A stretch of DNA of 62,938 bases, the filler included, from Octopus bimaculoides (Eukaryota), in assembly GCF_001194135.2 (NCBI RefSeq). It is 5 parts of 4 records of this genome, joined end to end, with 100 filler letters (N's around TTAATTAATTAA, not from the genome) between each part and the next. Parts side by side here need not be neighbours in the genome. Positions count along the whole stretch, not along the records: positions 21,265 to 40,903 come from NC_068983.1; 4 more parts are not named here. The stretch is one strand, 5' to 3'. Of the stretch, positions 21,601 through 34,303 are shown piece after piece (position 1 is the first letter of the stretch; every line of letters begins with the position of its first letter). Both the position numbers and the translations under genes were made by a program. The notes beneath the pieces were generated by a model. That model made no database searches. It worked only from the letters and a program-made list of their open reading frames with translations, and was not told where the DNA came from.

Positions 21601-21849
21601 GTCTGTGTGCGTGTGTGTGTATTAATGTATTTACGTATGTATTAATGGACTTAAAGACAAAAACAGGATTTTTGAATTCTTACACAATTCTATATAAAAA
21701 AATTAGAGTCAATTTGAATAGTTAGCTACAGATGTGCGGAAATCTTTTGACAGACTTAATAATCGACGATTTGCCATCGTTTTTGCCGACTAAGTGAAGT
21801 AAGGAAGGAGTGCAAAAATAAACATCAATTTTGAGACAGATATCAGGCA

Positions 21850-22600
21850 GGCCATATTTTTCTGTTTTATAGCCTTAAGTAGAAAAGTGATGTGTCTTTT
21901 GTTTCGTTTCCGCCATAATGCACTTCTTATGTGTATACTTGTGTTTGTACTCCTTTGAATAAATGTGTTGTGTAACCATTCTTTCTTGTTTGTGCAATCT
22001 TTTTGACATTAGAATAATAAAGCGTTTACAATCAGGCTATTATTTACTCGAATTTTATTTATATCGGATTTTCATATTTACTTGTATTATTTTGTGGAAA
22101 TGATGTAGGGCAATATTTTGTTTGTCTTTTAGACTATCAGTTTTGATATTTTTAAAGGTGTAGCAATAATATTCCTGGTAGTAGTCATTAACATGGTGCT
22201 GTACAGCCATATTGTAATAAAATGCGTAGGTAGATGTGATTTTTTTCTGTCTCTGCAAATGATGCTTTTAATAACCATGATAACATGTGGATAAATAAAA
22301 GAAAAAAAAAAGACAAAGCATTTGAAGTATCGAATGGTCAAGCAAAAAACAGCGGGTACTGTAGTTCGTATCATGTCAGCATATTTACAACTCTACGTTT
22401 CAGGATACAAAAACTAGAGTCTTGCATTCATTACCATGAACAGTAGCAGTTCATGAATATAATCTTCGTGGTTTATATATAATCAGTTAGAGTAAAACAA
22501 TGTTGATCATTCAATATATTCGCTTATTGCTAGTGTGGAGCAAAGGAAAAGAGAAAGGCTATATACTACAGAAATGATGGAGATACGAAATATAGGGATA
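21850..22600 (+). pseudogene. Decayed class-A GPCR-like relic 1 (TM3-TM7)
   Basis: FFLVCAIFLTLE** (TM3-like). One frame from 22142 then reads FDIFKGVAIIFLVVVINMVLYSHIVIK (TM5), KQKTAGTVVRIMSAYLQLYV (TM6) and NNVDHSIYSL (TM7-like), with several in-frame stops. Motif recognition only. Confidence 0.45.
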
Positions 22601-23389
22601 CATTCGTCGCATTCATATTGAAAAAAAAAAAAAATTTACATCAAAATTTTTTGTGAGAATCTGATAAGAAAAGGACAAGTGTCATGTAACACACAAAAAA
22701 GGTACGAATAATCAAATTTTAAAAGTCGTGAAATATACATAAGTAGAGGTCAACAAATGCCAATGCTTCTCGTATATTTTCCATCACACAGGTATAGCTG
22801 TATTGCTTCAGAATTTCACTGCGCAAACATATCCTCCTGCGTTCTATCATATTGATTGGAATCTCGAGCCAATGTCTTCTGCCATCAGATTGACTTCACA
22901 AATAAGTGGAACTGAAAAGGGACTGTGTGGAAATCAGTCACACGGGACATATAATGTGTGCATCTATACGTGTATATATATACGTATGAATGTGTTCTGT
23001 CGTATCAGTGTCTGTGTCGTGCTGACATGTTTACCGGTTGTAAAAACAAACAAAAGTTCTGTTTCTATTTATATCCCATCACTTAGTAGGTCACGAAATA
23101 GAATTGATAAGATAACTATCAGACAGAAATAAATAATGGAGCCCAATATATGATATAGATGTTGTTGTTGCTAATAATGGTAATTATTCCGGAGAATATT
23201 TAATTGTTGATTTTGTGGTTTGTGTTAGGAATGATATATTAGTGAGTTTTATGTTTGACTGTATTTTAGTTGATATTTACGTAAAATATTTGTTTGAACA
23301 TGAATTTTTATTTCAACTTGTGTGTGATATTGGTATATTGTATTTAAAGTTGGCAATAATTTTTATCATGTCTTATTTCTGATAACTGC

Positions 23390-24045
23390 TCCTTGTAGCG
23401 GATTGTCTCTCAGAATACTTTATTGACTAATCTAAAGTCAGAGTCCAACTTAACCCGAAAGTCGTCCCATGACTTAACCTTGAAACTTTTTTGCTGCCTC
23501 TGCTGCAACTTTTCGTGTCTCAGTGTGCCGCATGCACAAAAGGAGAGAATCGTTGCCAAGCTAACGTTTGTAAGCTCTACCACTTTGTTCGGACAAAATC
23601 TTTAACTTTCTGGTTAAACCTAACTGTTCTGTTTTGTACAACCTGGCGCTCCGTCATGTCGCTTTTGTCCACAGCAGTATACATCTGAACGAAATTATCT
23701 CCAGTCTGTTTCACTATCTTGAGTTTATTCACGAAGGTTTCTGAATCTGAATGTAAACGGTGTCTGCATATGTGTTTCTGATCCCATTATCCACCAGGAT
23801 TTCCCACTTTATTCTGCAAGTTACTCTGTACTTAACAGTTTTGAGGTGTATCGTTGCAGTCGATTGTTTCGGGTTGCAGAAACCTAGGTAGTGATCAGGC
23901 GATAGCTCGGCCCTTCTCTTTACAAGAACGTTCAGCACAGAATCAAAGAGGTCCGAGTCAGTGACAATATCTGTTAGTGACCTCTGTCTCGAAGCTCCCC
24001 TATCCCAGAATATCTTCTGTTTATGTAGTACGACTGGTTTCACTC
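23390..24045 (-). mobile_element. RTE-clade (Rex3/Expander-like) LINE endonuclease/linker fragment
   Basis: RSLTDIVTDSDLFDSVLNVLVKRRAELSPDHYL, then KVKSWDDFRVKLDSDFRLVNKVF*ETIR; interrupted by frameshifts and stops. Confidence 0.8.
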
Positions 24046-24445
24046 GTCTCAGTTGAGTTGTTCACTCTCATACTACCATGAAACGAATTTATTTTTTTCA
24101 TCATTGTACTATTATTGTAATAAGTAGCATATTTTATAGCAAGTGTAATAGAATTAATTCTTGCTACGCGAAATTGATAACATCAATTACAAAGAGATAA
24201 TAACCGCAAATGTGAAAAGGTATAAGATAGAAGTTTTCATTGTCAGGTACGCAACGAAAATTGGTGATTACAGAATTAGCATTTTCTTGAAGGCGTAAAC
24301 GTGAAGCTAACCTAATTTTTGTTATAGAATGCTGATTGCAGCAATATCCAGCTTTGTTGAGTTAATGACACTTGAAGAATTGTTCGTTGAATGAAACTTG
24401 TGAAGTTTAAAAAGGAAATACTAGCTTGTATAAACGTATGCATAT

Positions 24446-24480
<35 letters not shown>

Positions 24481-25149
24481 CATATATATACATGCACACA
24501 CACACTTTATTACATGAAGCCCAAGCACAAATGTACTCACACATGCATATATACATGCTTAAACATGCCATTTGTTAAAAAGTAAAATTAAAATCTACCT
24601 CTAAATTTGAACACTGAAATTTGCGCAATTACTGTCTGAAACAATAAGATACCCAAGTTTTTGTTATTTTTCATTCTACTTTGCGATAGAGATATGCCTA
24701 CTTAAAATAGTATATTTCCCCCAACAATACAAATATACGAATCTACATAAATACATACAAATAAGCATAGACATTGATTTACTATATAAGGAAAAATAAA
24801 TAGAAAATGTTAGTTGGTAAATCCAACGTGCTATAAACAACACAATGACGAGAATTTTAATAGTAGGAGTTATATACATGTAAAAAATCAAGCACATACA
24901 CACACCACAGTTGACATTAATCTGTGGTTAACAGTTGAACAATTTTATATTTATTATCTCGATCATGTTTTAATCGACGATTTCAATTGCAACACGATTG
25001 TCACAACACTTTGTTTTTTTTTACTGCAAAACGCATCACTAAGTATAACGTATATGCCTAATGTATATTATATATATACTTATATTTCTAATGTATAATA
25101 TACATATATATATACATATGTGTGTGTGTGTGTGTGTTTGTATATGTAA

Positions 25150-26700
25150 ATGTCGAACGATGAAATCAGTGCTCAACACCACATTGCTGATATATAATGT
25201 GAAATCTTATAATCAGCTGAGAACACAGACTTAGTACCAGAAGTGATAAATACTGAAAGTGGTAAACCAGAGCTGCAAGAACGGGAAGGTGTAAATGTAA
25301 CCGGAATGTTGATGAAAACTTTTTACGATATTTCTCCCAGTGAAATGCTTTACAAAAAAGAGCTCTTAGCATTAAAAATCTTAATACATAGATATTACTT
25401 TTGCGCTTAAGGTGGTTTAGCAGAGAGAGGGCTCAATAAATATGAAGTTATATGCGTGTTTAATGTGGTTGTACAGTGAAATATAAAATCAGAATGGCAA
25501 AAATGCACTCGAAGAAGAAACAAACTGGCTATACATAGTGAAATATGTACATTTATATATGCATATGTTTAGTTGAATTTGTACATCGCTTTTAGAATTA
25601 TACAGTATTTTATAGAATATTTTAGAGATAGAAACATCGTAAAATCTTCATTGGCATTTTGGTTGGAGTTGCATCTTTAGAGATTTTCCTTTTCGGTTTT
25701 AAAGATGTTCCTGGCTTGAACACTTATCTCTTGTGATATTCATTTCTACCTTTTGCTGATGAGAAAACTCCATTGTTTATTTCAAATGAGAGACTGCTAG
25801 AGACATGAATCTGCGTTTGGAACAAACAAATGAAAATATCTTTATTTATATATGTTCAAATATCTTTAAGNNNNNNNNNNNNNNNNNNNNNNNNNNNNNN
25901 NNNNNNNNNNNNNNNNNNNNNNNNNNNNNNNNNNNNNNNNNNNNNNNNNNNNNNNNNNNNNNNNNNNNNNNNNNNNNNNNNNNNNNNNNNNNNNNNNNNN
26001 NNNNNNNNNNNNNNNNNNNNNNNNNNNNNNNNNNNNNNNNNNNNNNNNNNNNNNNNNNNNNNNNNNNNNNNNNNNNNNNNNNNNNNNNNNNNNNNNNNNN
26101 NNNNNNNNNNNNNNNNNNNNNNNNNNNNNNNNNNNNNNNNNNNNNNNNNNNNNNNNNNNNNNNNNNNNNNNNNNNNNNNNNNNNNNNNNNNNNNNNNNNN
26201 NNNNNNNNNNNNNNNNNNNNNNNNNNNNNNTATATATATATATATATATATGAGCCAAAAAATATAACTCAGAGCACATTGGCACGAATATGAACAATAA
26301 AATGAATAAGTTGCATGAAATACCAACTGAGATGAATTTCAGATTTATTGAAAATATCTTCCGTTTTGAGATAGCAGTAAAGAGTAGCCTTGTGGCAATT
26401 GAAGCCATATCTAAATGAAACGAGGAGACAATGTCAAGAATAATTTTCTTTTTTCCGAAATTGACATGCCATTAAGGAAAAGATCGTTAGCAGCTCTCTG
26501 TCTCTATATGGCTAAGCATGTGAAATCAATGTAGAACAACTGATGTACTAGCGAGTGCTATAATTGCATGATAGTGTCGTTGTTTCGTAGAGTAGTGTTT
26601 TTTTTGGGGATAACATTTATATCTTCTTCATAAGAGTAATATGTACCTTGTTTTCAATTAGCTTTAAAAAAGCGCTAACTCTGAGACTAATGTTAGTTTT
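25150..26700 (+). pseudogene. Possible decayed GPCR-like relic 2, split by an N-gap
   Basis: LVEFVHRF* (TM3-like), RKIFIGILVGVASLEIFLFGFKDVPG (TM4-like); after the gap RTTDVLASAIIA (TM6-like) and NIYIFFIRVICTLFSISFKKAL (TM7/H8-like). Weak. Confidence 0.3.
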
Positions 26701-26944
26701 GCTTTTATATATATATATATATATTTACGTATGGAAGGCTACGGGCTGGCAAAATCATTAGCAGGCCCGAACAAATATTGAGTGTATTACTTCTGACTTC
26801 ATGTTCTGAGTTCAAATTTCACCAAACGTGACTGCTTTTCATTCTTTCAGGTCGATTAAGTAACACAGTTCAACACTGGAGTCAATGCTATCGACGTGTT
26901 TTCAACCCAACCCCAAATTTATCCCCCACTCATATACAAGTACC

Positions 26945-27260
26945 TCTGGTGCCACTGCGTTAGGCAAGTGTCTTCTGCTATAGCCTCGGGTCGACCAAAG
27001 TCTTGTGAATGGATGTGGTAGACCGAAACTGAAAGTACGTATATATATATATATCTATGCGTGTGTGTCTCTGTGTCTGTGTTTGATCCCCATCACCGCT
27101 TTGTAACTGGTGTTCGTGTGTTTACGTCCCTATAATTTAGCAATTCGGCAAAAGAAAACAATAGAATAAGTCCTAGGTTTAAAAAAAGAAGGCCTGGGGT
27201 CGATGTGTTCAACTAAACCCATCATGTTCGCATTCAAATGACTGAAACAAGCAAAACAAA
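26945..27260 (+). mobile_element. Family A SINE, 5'-truncated
   Basis: GGCAAGTGTCTTCTGCTATAGCCTCGGGTCGACC...GACTGAAACAAG matches 16605-16993. Confidence 0.8.
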
Positions 27261-28248
27261 TAAAAGAATAAAAGAAAATATATATGACTGTATGGTAAGT
27301 AGCTTGCGTACCAACCACGTGAAGTCGTCTAATCACTAGTTGGGTTGGGCAATCTCCCACTCCCACTCCAGTAGTCTTCTTTGTTAACTTTTTTCCTGTC
27401 ATAACTAAAAGTTTTAATAGGAAATAATTGTTCCCAACAGTCTCAAAATAATGACAGTTCAGAAAAAAGAAATAGTTCAATCAACGAAACAGAAGCAGTT
27501 CAAAAAAAAAAGGAGGAAGAGATAAACAAGGAAAACAGTTCAAGGAAAAAGTAAAGAAAGAGAGTTTTTTTTTTTTTGAAAAGGAAAACCACAGAATCCT
27601 CGGCAGGAACAAAATGGCTACATCGTACTCCAGCCCTGGCTTGAACTAGTATTCCGTTTCAGGCAAATAAATACACAAAAGTCCTGGTCCGTAATCCAGC
27701 GACCGAAGTGAGAAAAAAAAAATCTGTAAATGCTTTCTGCCTGCTGAACTTGGTTATTTCATAGAAACGCCCACCAGCAGCCAGCCACACACTATGCCTG
27801 GAACAGGCAACAATTCAAATTTCTCAAATTTTCAAATTTTCGACACCGCCAAGCATAAGCGAAATGCCTCAGAACTGGGCAGAATATACTGTAAAAATAG
27901 AAACACAATACTTCTACCCAGCTCACACAAAAAACAAAAACAAAACACAAATACGCTTACGCCGACGGTGTCCTCTGCTCCTTAGACGGAGCTGTAAGCT
28001 ACACGTCTATCTTCAATGGTAATCGGAAGCAACTAACTCAAACGCATGCGCGTAAGCAAGCTACTTACCACACAGCCACTCCTGCGCGTATAAGAATTTA
28101 TACACTCATATGTATTATAAGTAAGTCCATAGATGCAAAAGAAGGCGGTAAATATAATACCAAAGATGGAGTAATATCCTATTTATTAAAGTCGAAAACA
28201 ATGTTCAACAGTGAAGATTTTTTTCGGACAAAAGAAATAGTGTATGTT

Positions 28249-28314
<66 letters not shown>

Positions 28315-28906
28315 CATACATAACGTCAACGATATTCACTTTCTGTTTGGGCACCTGTTATTCGAACGAAGAAAATGGCATTACATTTCAAATACTTTCA
28401 ATGCATTATAATCACTTTCTTGTCTTCTATTTCTCATTCTCTTCTTCCCCTCTCTCTCCCATCGAACTATTTATTTCTAACTCTCCTTTCCTCTCCCAAT
28501 CTCTCATTCTGTCTCTCGGTATAAACTGCTTCCGGGAATAGTCTTTGTGATACTCGTAGTTTGACAACGATTTATATGACTGACTAGAATAAATACAAAA
28601 GATAAGAAAATACGTTCACTTACTATATAACAAAATAGCAGGACATGGCTGTCTTCAGTCGAGTCATTTATCTGATGTACAATGCTGTGCTTGGATGCGT
28701 TCCTGTTTCATGACAGTCTTTGGCGAGCAGCCATTCTACCCGGTAGGTCCATAATTCAATGAAACTTTAGGCTCGGATTATACATTGAAATGGAAAAGAG
28801 ACATTGTGTTGGAGAGAAACAACTTACGCCTAAATGAATGTGTTTGGTCAGAGTGAAAAATGTATTTTTCCTCCTATTCCCCATCTGCTTGGTTTACTTC
28901 TTCGTG

Positions 28907-28907
<1 letters not shown>

Positions 28908-28972
<65 letters not shown>
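28908..28972. repeat. (CTA)n microsatellite
   Basis: Read directly. Confidence 0.95.
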
Positions 28973-28980
<8 letters not shown>

Positions 28981-29849
28981 ATTCTCCCTCCTCCTTCTCA
29001 TTCTCTTTCTTCTCCGCTTACTTTACTTATTTCATATATTTATCATATCCGCCATGTTTTTGGTTTCCGCATTTGCAAAATGAATGATGGCAATATATTC
29101 CACAGTTCTCTGAGAATAAATTTAATTATATGTGACTATGGAAAGGATTTACAATGATGAATGAAGAGTATACATATATGCTCATTCTGTTTTTATTTTT
29201 ACGCTATGTATATTTTTTATGTGTGTGAAAGAAATTATTAAATCAAATCCTGAAGTTATTGTACACTGGTGTCTAACTGTTTCAATAAAATGCATGATTC
29301 TGTTACAGTATTGTATAAAATGGATACGCATAATACATTACAGAGGCCAGCGTGCATACGTAAAATGCTGTGTGTGTATATATACATATCTGTATATGTA
29401 TGTATATATATGTGTGTGTGTGTGTGTATGTATGTATAAATATATAAATATGTATATATGTATATATATGTGTGTATATATATGTGTATATATATCTGTG
29501 TGTGTGTATATATAATTTTTTTTTTCAGAATGAGATAAAAATCCAAGGCTGTGAGAATTTTAGAACATTTATAAATAGAAGGTCTTACAGTTGTTTCCGG
29601 GATATTTTTTATATCCCTTCATCGGAGACGGTGTGAGAAAATGGTAAAAGAATAGTTAATTTAGATAAGATATGAAATAGAGTGAAGTGAAGGAATGAAA
29701 ATAGATGTGTGATATGCAGGGATATTGCATTTGTAGATCCATTATTTAAGCAGAATGGTATAAGTTTCCAAACCTTGTGAGTAAATTCCAATAGTATCTA
29801 AAAATGGTCATTCCAAGTGTAGAGTTTGTATACAGTGCTATTGAATCGA

Positions 29850-30600
29850 CGGTTTTGTTTAAATAAATATAAAACCACCTGGATGCACCCAAGATCTAAG
29901 CACTGGCATGTCATATACTATATTCTGATCAGAAAAAAGTGATATGAATGCCGTTTTTAGCGTTCGGGCCATGAGAGAGGCAGAGAGTTGGATTGACCAT
30001 CATCTAGTGCGTGGAAAAATAGATTTTTCGATAATGCCTAAAAATCTGGTCCTAAGGTAACCAAAAAGTTAAATGTTGCAAACTTTAGATTATCAAGCAA
30101 CTTGCAAAGATTCCACGATGCTATAGAATGTATCAATCTCGACTCCAAATATCTATGGGAATATTTCAAAACAAAAGTATTTCAGGATGTACGTTCATCA
30201 GTGGGATTTAAATCTCATAAATCCAGTGACAGATTCTCAGATAGATTAGCAGAAATTCATGATCTACTTTTTCAAGAAGAACAAAACTTAGGCAATACAC
30301 TTCGGTCTCACTCCTTGAACCCCAAGCATTTGAAGAGGCCAAGATAACGCATGTAAGACTCAAAAGAGATATAAGGAAGAATGTTACGATCGAGAAGGTG
30401 AATGAAAATGACCTTTTTGTGTTTACAGTTTGTGACAGACCATGCCTGTTTTTTGTTGAGCTCAAATCTCATTTGCGAACCCATGGAAAACGAATTTCCA
30501 CCAACTATTCTGCCTATATGCCCGTGCACACCCTTGAATGCAGTGTATGCCAGAAGGTTTGCAAATCTAACGGAGTCCTCAAAAGATATTATTTTAAGAT
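29850..30600 (+). mobile_element. RTE (BovB-like) LINE relic: endonuclease end + linker joined to a C2H2 zinc-finger tail
   Basis: KTTWMHPRSKHWH...RAMREAESWIDHHLVRGK, linker WEYFKTKVF...AEIHDLL, then VCDRPC..ELKSHLRTH and ECSVCQKVCKSNGVLKR. Confidence 0.85.
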
Positions 30601-30757
30601 CTACGAAGATCAGAACTTATCTGCAGCTCTTGGTGGTCCAAATCGGATGTGCAATCTATGTGGGTGACTTTTCAGGACATTGTCTGGTTTAAAAAGTCAC
30701 AGCTGATGCCATGTTGGTGCTAAGGTGTAGGTACAGGAGGTAGTGTATATATACACC

Positions 30758-30788
<31 letters not shown>

Positions 30789-30998
30789 CAAAATGGCTGA
30801 TAGTTAGCAAGGTGAGACACACATAAGAAAGAAGGAAACAAAGGACCACTGATGAGGTCACAGAAGTGTGACGAAAGAACTCTGCCCGAATTAAGATTAA
30901 GATTAATGTAATATAAAGCTGAAGCAAATTAACACCAAATATACAGTGCGTGTGTTTTTATNNNNNNNNNNATACATATATATATGTGTGCGCGTATG

Positions 30999-31033
<35 letters not shown>

Positions 31034-32089
31034 GTTCAATCGCACCGTACGCAGAATGTTGCTAAATATCGAAATCGAATATAATCTTCCAGCATGTCAT
31101 GTTCACGATTATATCCTGTGTTCTGTTACTCGTTAAGTGTTTATCATTTAACAGCGAAGTAAATTTAGCTTTAAATAGGTATTTAAAGTTGCTATAATTT
31201 ACTAGTTTGCGTGGCGATAGAGGTTTTACAATTGATCAAGGATTTGGGGGGTTTATGCTATAGACGGATTCTTCCATGTGAGGTAGTTCATTCTGCTCTC
31301 GTCTACAATACGTACGTGTAAAGTTATAAAACATTGCATATTTCGGAGAAAATACTAAGTGGTTCTATATAACATCGCCGTTTACATAATGGTTAGCTGT
31401 AATATTTTTTTAGTGTTTTCCTCGTGAGAAAAGCACATTCTAATTGTGGCTAGCGTTTCCCCTATCGTCATGCATAATACTAAATTTATATAATTTAAAT
31501 GAACATCCTTTCAATATGAAAGTAACGTATTTTCTTTTCATCACTAGAGGATTTGATGCAGAGTAACATAGTATAGGAAAATATTTTTTTTATGCATGAT
31601 CACCTTTATAATCAAAATATAATAGAAAAATGGTATGAAATTTGTCTCTTTCTGAATAAATGAGATTCGCTAGTTTCAGGAGAAAAACACAGAAAAGAAC
31701 TTTGAAAGTTCGTTTGATGACATTTGATGGTATAGTAAAACGGATATGAGAAGTTGTTTGCTGTAGGATTCTTAGGATGTTTATAAATAATTCAGATATT
31801 GCGTAAAACAGAGTTTATGACGCACGAGGAATAGATTTGCATGAATTGCTTTTTTCCAAAGTATGTTTCTCAGAAAATAAGCTACGAACTGCTGAGTAAC
31901 ACTTGCATAAGCGGTTCTCCGGGCATGTTTCGTTTTTAATTGTAGTTATTTCACTTCTTTTGCTCTTGTCAAAGAAGTTAACAGCAAATTTCCTATTTGT
32001 GTTATTCCAGATACTTAATAATTCAAATTGAGTGAACTTTGTCTCTTTGGTGTTACAGCTGGTCAATGAGAATCATAATGTAATTATTT

Positions 32090-33290
32090 GTTTTTGCAAC
32101 TAATGTGAACGAAACGCTGAAAGCTTCAATATTTTTTGCTTAGCATGTGGAAGAAAACGAGAATTGTTTTAATAGGCATATGTCCTAGAAATTCCATTAA
32201 TATTTTACATCATCGAAAGTCTAATTTTGTTATGCAACGTAGGAGATCAGTAACATCAATGTGTTATGTAAGGCAAAAATTGTTGTAACATGAACTATTT
32301 CATTTTAATTGCTACGTACTGACCATAGTTATCAGCAGAAACAAGCACTATCATTTAGTGTTGTGCACAGTAAAGGAAGAAGCAAATTCCTTCAAAGTTA
32401 AGGTCACAACAATGTTTCACTGGTTCTCTTTCAAATGGTTCGCCTCCATACGCACAGTTTCTTACACATCAATCGATTTACTTCTTGCCCTAAACCATTG
32501 GATATGTGTGTCTTGGCTGACGGGAACCGTTTAGTAATCCAAACCTCAAATAGATTTCTTTCTAATTAAGATACGAGAGCAATATTTCTAGGAAAGTAGC
32601 ACGTCAATGCGATCGAATGTATTATTCATACTAATTGAATTTATACTATTGATACTGTTATTGATTATTGGATAAACTAGAATTTATTCTATTGACTCTC
32701 GTGTGGGGCAACGAATTGAATGGCGTGAGGTGTTAGACCCAATATTGAATTTTCTTTCAATTCTCTACTTCACAAATCAGATAATTGTGATAAATGTTTC
32801 TTATGTTTTAATGACAGTTCTGACTGTGTGAATATTTATGAAGATAATTGCTTGCTGAAATCTTGGCGCGCACCATGTTGTTAGAAGACAGTTTCAGTAA
32901 GTCCTTTGCACGATTTAGGAAACTGATTGAAAGCAATTTTACATAATATGTACAATTATTGGATAGGATTAAATATGGTTAAAACGAAGTAGCATCCTGT
33001 ACTCTTGTGTCTAAGAGAAAGAAACTAACCTGGAGGATTCATGAAATGGAGTTAGACGAGATAGCTGTTAATTTACTTATGAAATTGTTATATATTGATT
33101 TACATAAGATACATCAAAGAGAATGGAAGTTTGTACTACTCTGATATTAATGAAATGCGACTTCAAGCAATATCCATGATAGACATTTAGCTCATTATCG
33201 CATTATGATAAAGCCCTATTTAGTTATTGTATTAACGCTACAACAACTGAAGGTTTTCATGATAAATATAAACGAAGGAGATGGGAGACT
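32090..33290 (+). pseudogene. Decayed class-A GPCR-like relic 3 (N-terminus to TM7)
   Basis: NVNETL (N-glycosylation site), IFYIIESLILLCN (TM1), MNYF(I)L (TM2, one extra T), FASIRTVSYTSIDLLLAL (TM3), IIVINVSYVLMTVLTV*IFMKI (TM5), LFSYCINATTTEGFHDKYKRR (TM7/H8). Order is colinear but heavily disrupted. Confidence 0.42.
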
Positions 33291-33442
33291 GAAAATTAGG
33301 TGATGTGATCATGAACGCAGTTCATGAATATAGTATGGTATTAAGGTTGAAAGAAACAGATTATATAACATCATGACTTAATGATAATGACATTCCAATT
33401 ACAATACATTATTGATGAAATATACTTGATAGGGTTTACTTT

Positions 33443-33536
<94 letters not shown>

Positions 33537-33702
33537 GATATACATACAAACATACATATATATTTGTATGCTCATACATTTCCAGAGTTAGTTTTAACTT
33601 TCACTATTTTCACAGTCACTGTATTAAGTGCTATTATTAAACTAGTGGGCTAATCTCACCGAGGAAATGTCTAAGAATACAATTAAAAACAAATTAAAAA
33701 GA

Positions 33703-33991
33703 CAGTTCTATATTTAAGAGATGAGGAATTATTTACATTATTTACATTTGACGGATATTTGTCCTCATCTTGTTTGTTGTTAACACAACGTTTCGGCTGA
33801 TATACCCTCCAGCCTTCGTCAGGTGTCTTGGGGAAATTTCGAACCTGGGTTCTCATTCCTAACGATGTTACTATTATTATTATTATATTATTATTATTAT
33901 TATTACTATTATTAATCAGGTCGCTGCCGTGAATCGAACTCGGAACCTTGGGGTTAGTAGCCCGTGCTCTTAACCACTACACCATATGCCC
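33703..33991 (-). mobile_element. tRNA-headed SINE-like element: tRNA-like head + (AAT)n + hammerhead + AT-rich tail
   Basis: A-box TGGTGTAGTGG (33984-33974), B-box GTTCGATTC (about 33939-33931), then an (AAT)n spacer and the hammerhead at 33827-33782. Boundaries approximate. Confidence 0.65.
33782..33827 (-). ncRNA. Minimal type-I hammerhead ribozyme motif (Penelope/retrozyme-type, palindromic helix III)
   Basis: Minus strand reads GACAC CTGACGA A GGCTG-GAGGGTATAT-CAGCC GAAAC GTT GTGTT. It has helix I GACAC/GTGTT, the CUGANGA core, a 5-bp helix II, GAAA, an AC|GT palindromic helix III and a GUU cleavage triplet. Confidence 0.75.
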
Positions 33992-34303
33992 GTGGGCAAT
34001 TATGGTGTGAATTTTAAGGCTTATAAATCTATTATTTTTCTATCCTTCCTCAATACCGGTTCCCATATGCTATTCATATCTGCACTCGGTCTGCTTAGGA
34101 GGTTGTTGTGTCCTAGCATATTGATAAATCGGGTATAGCTGATCATGTATGGAAAAATGGAAACCACCTCCCCCTGTGGGATGAAGTTAAAATAATAGAC
34201 AGGGAACAACACTAGAAAATACGAAAACTAAAAGAAGCAGCACAAAAAGTGAAAGCAAATCAGACAAAAACTGTTGTAACGTCGAAGTCATGTGAGCCGA
34301 CTT

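Noticed and set aside
22803-23132. 109-aa ORF as a host gene
   Set aside because: TTG start, partly low complexity, and no recognisable motif or splice structure.
33915-33991. tRNA gene calls for SINE heads (also 16605-16670, 41430-41498, 46644-46715, 49410-49460)
   Set aside because: They have A/B boxes but no complete acceptor or anticodon stems, and they continue into repeat bodies.
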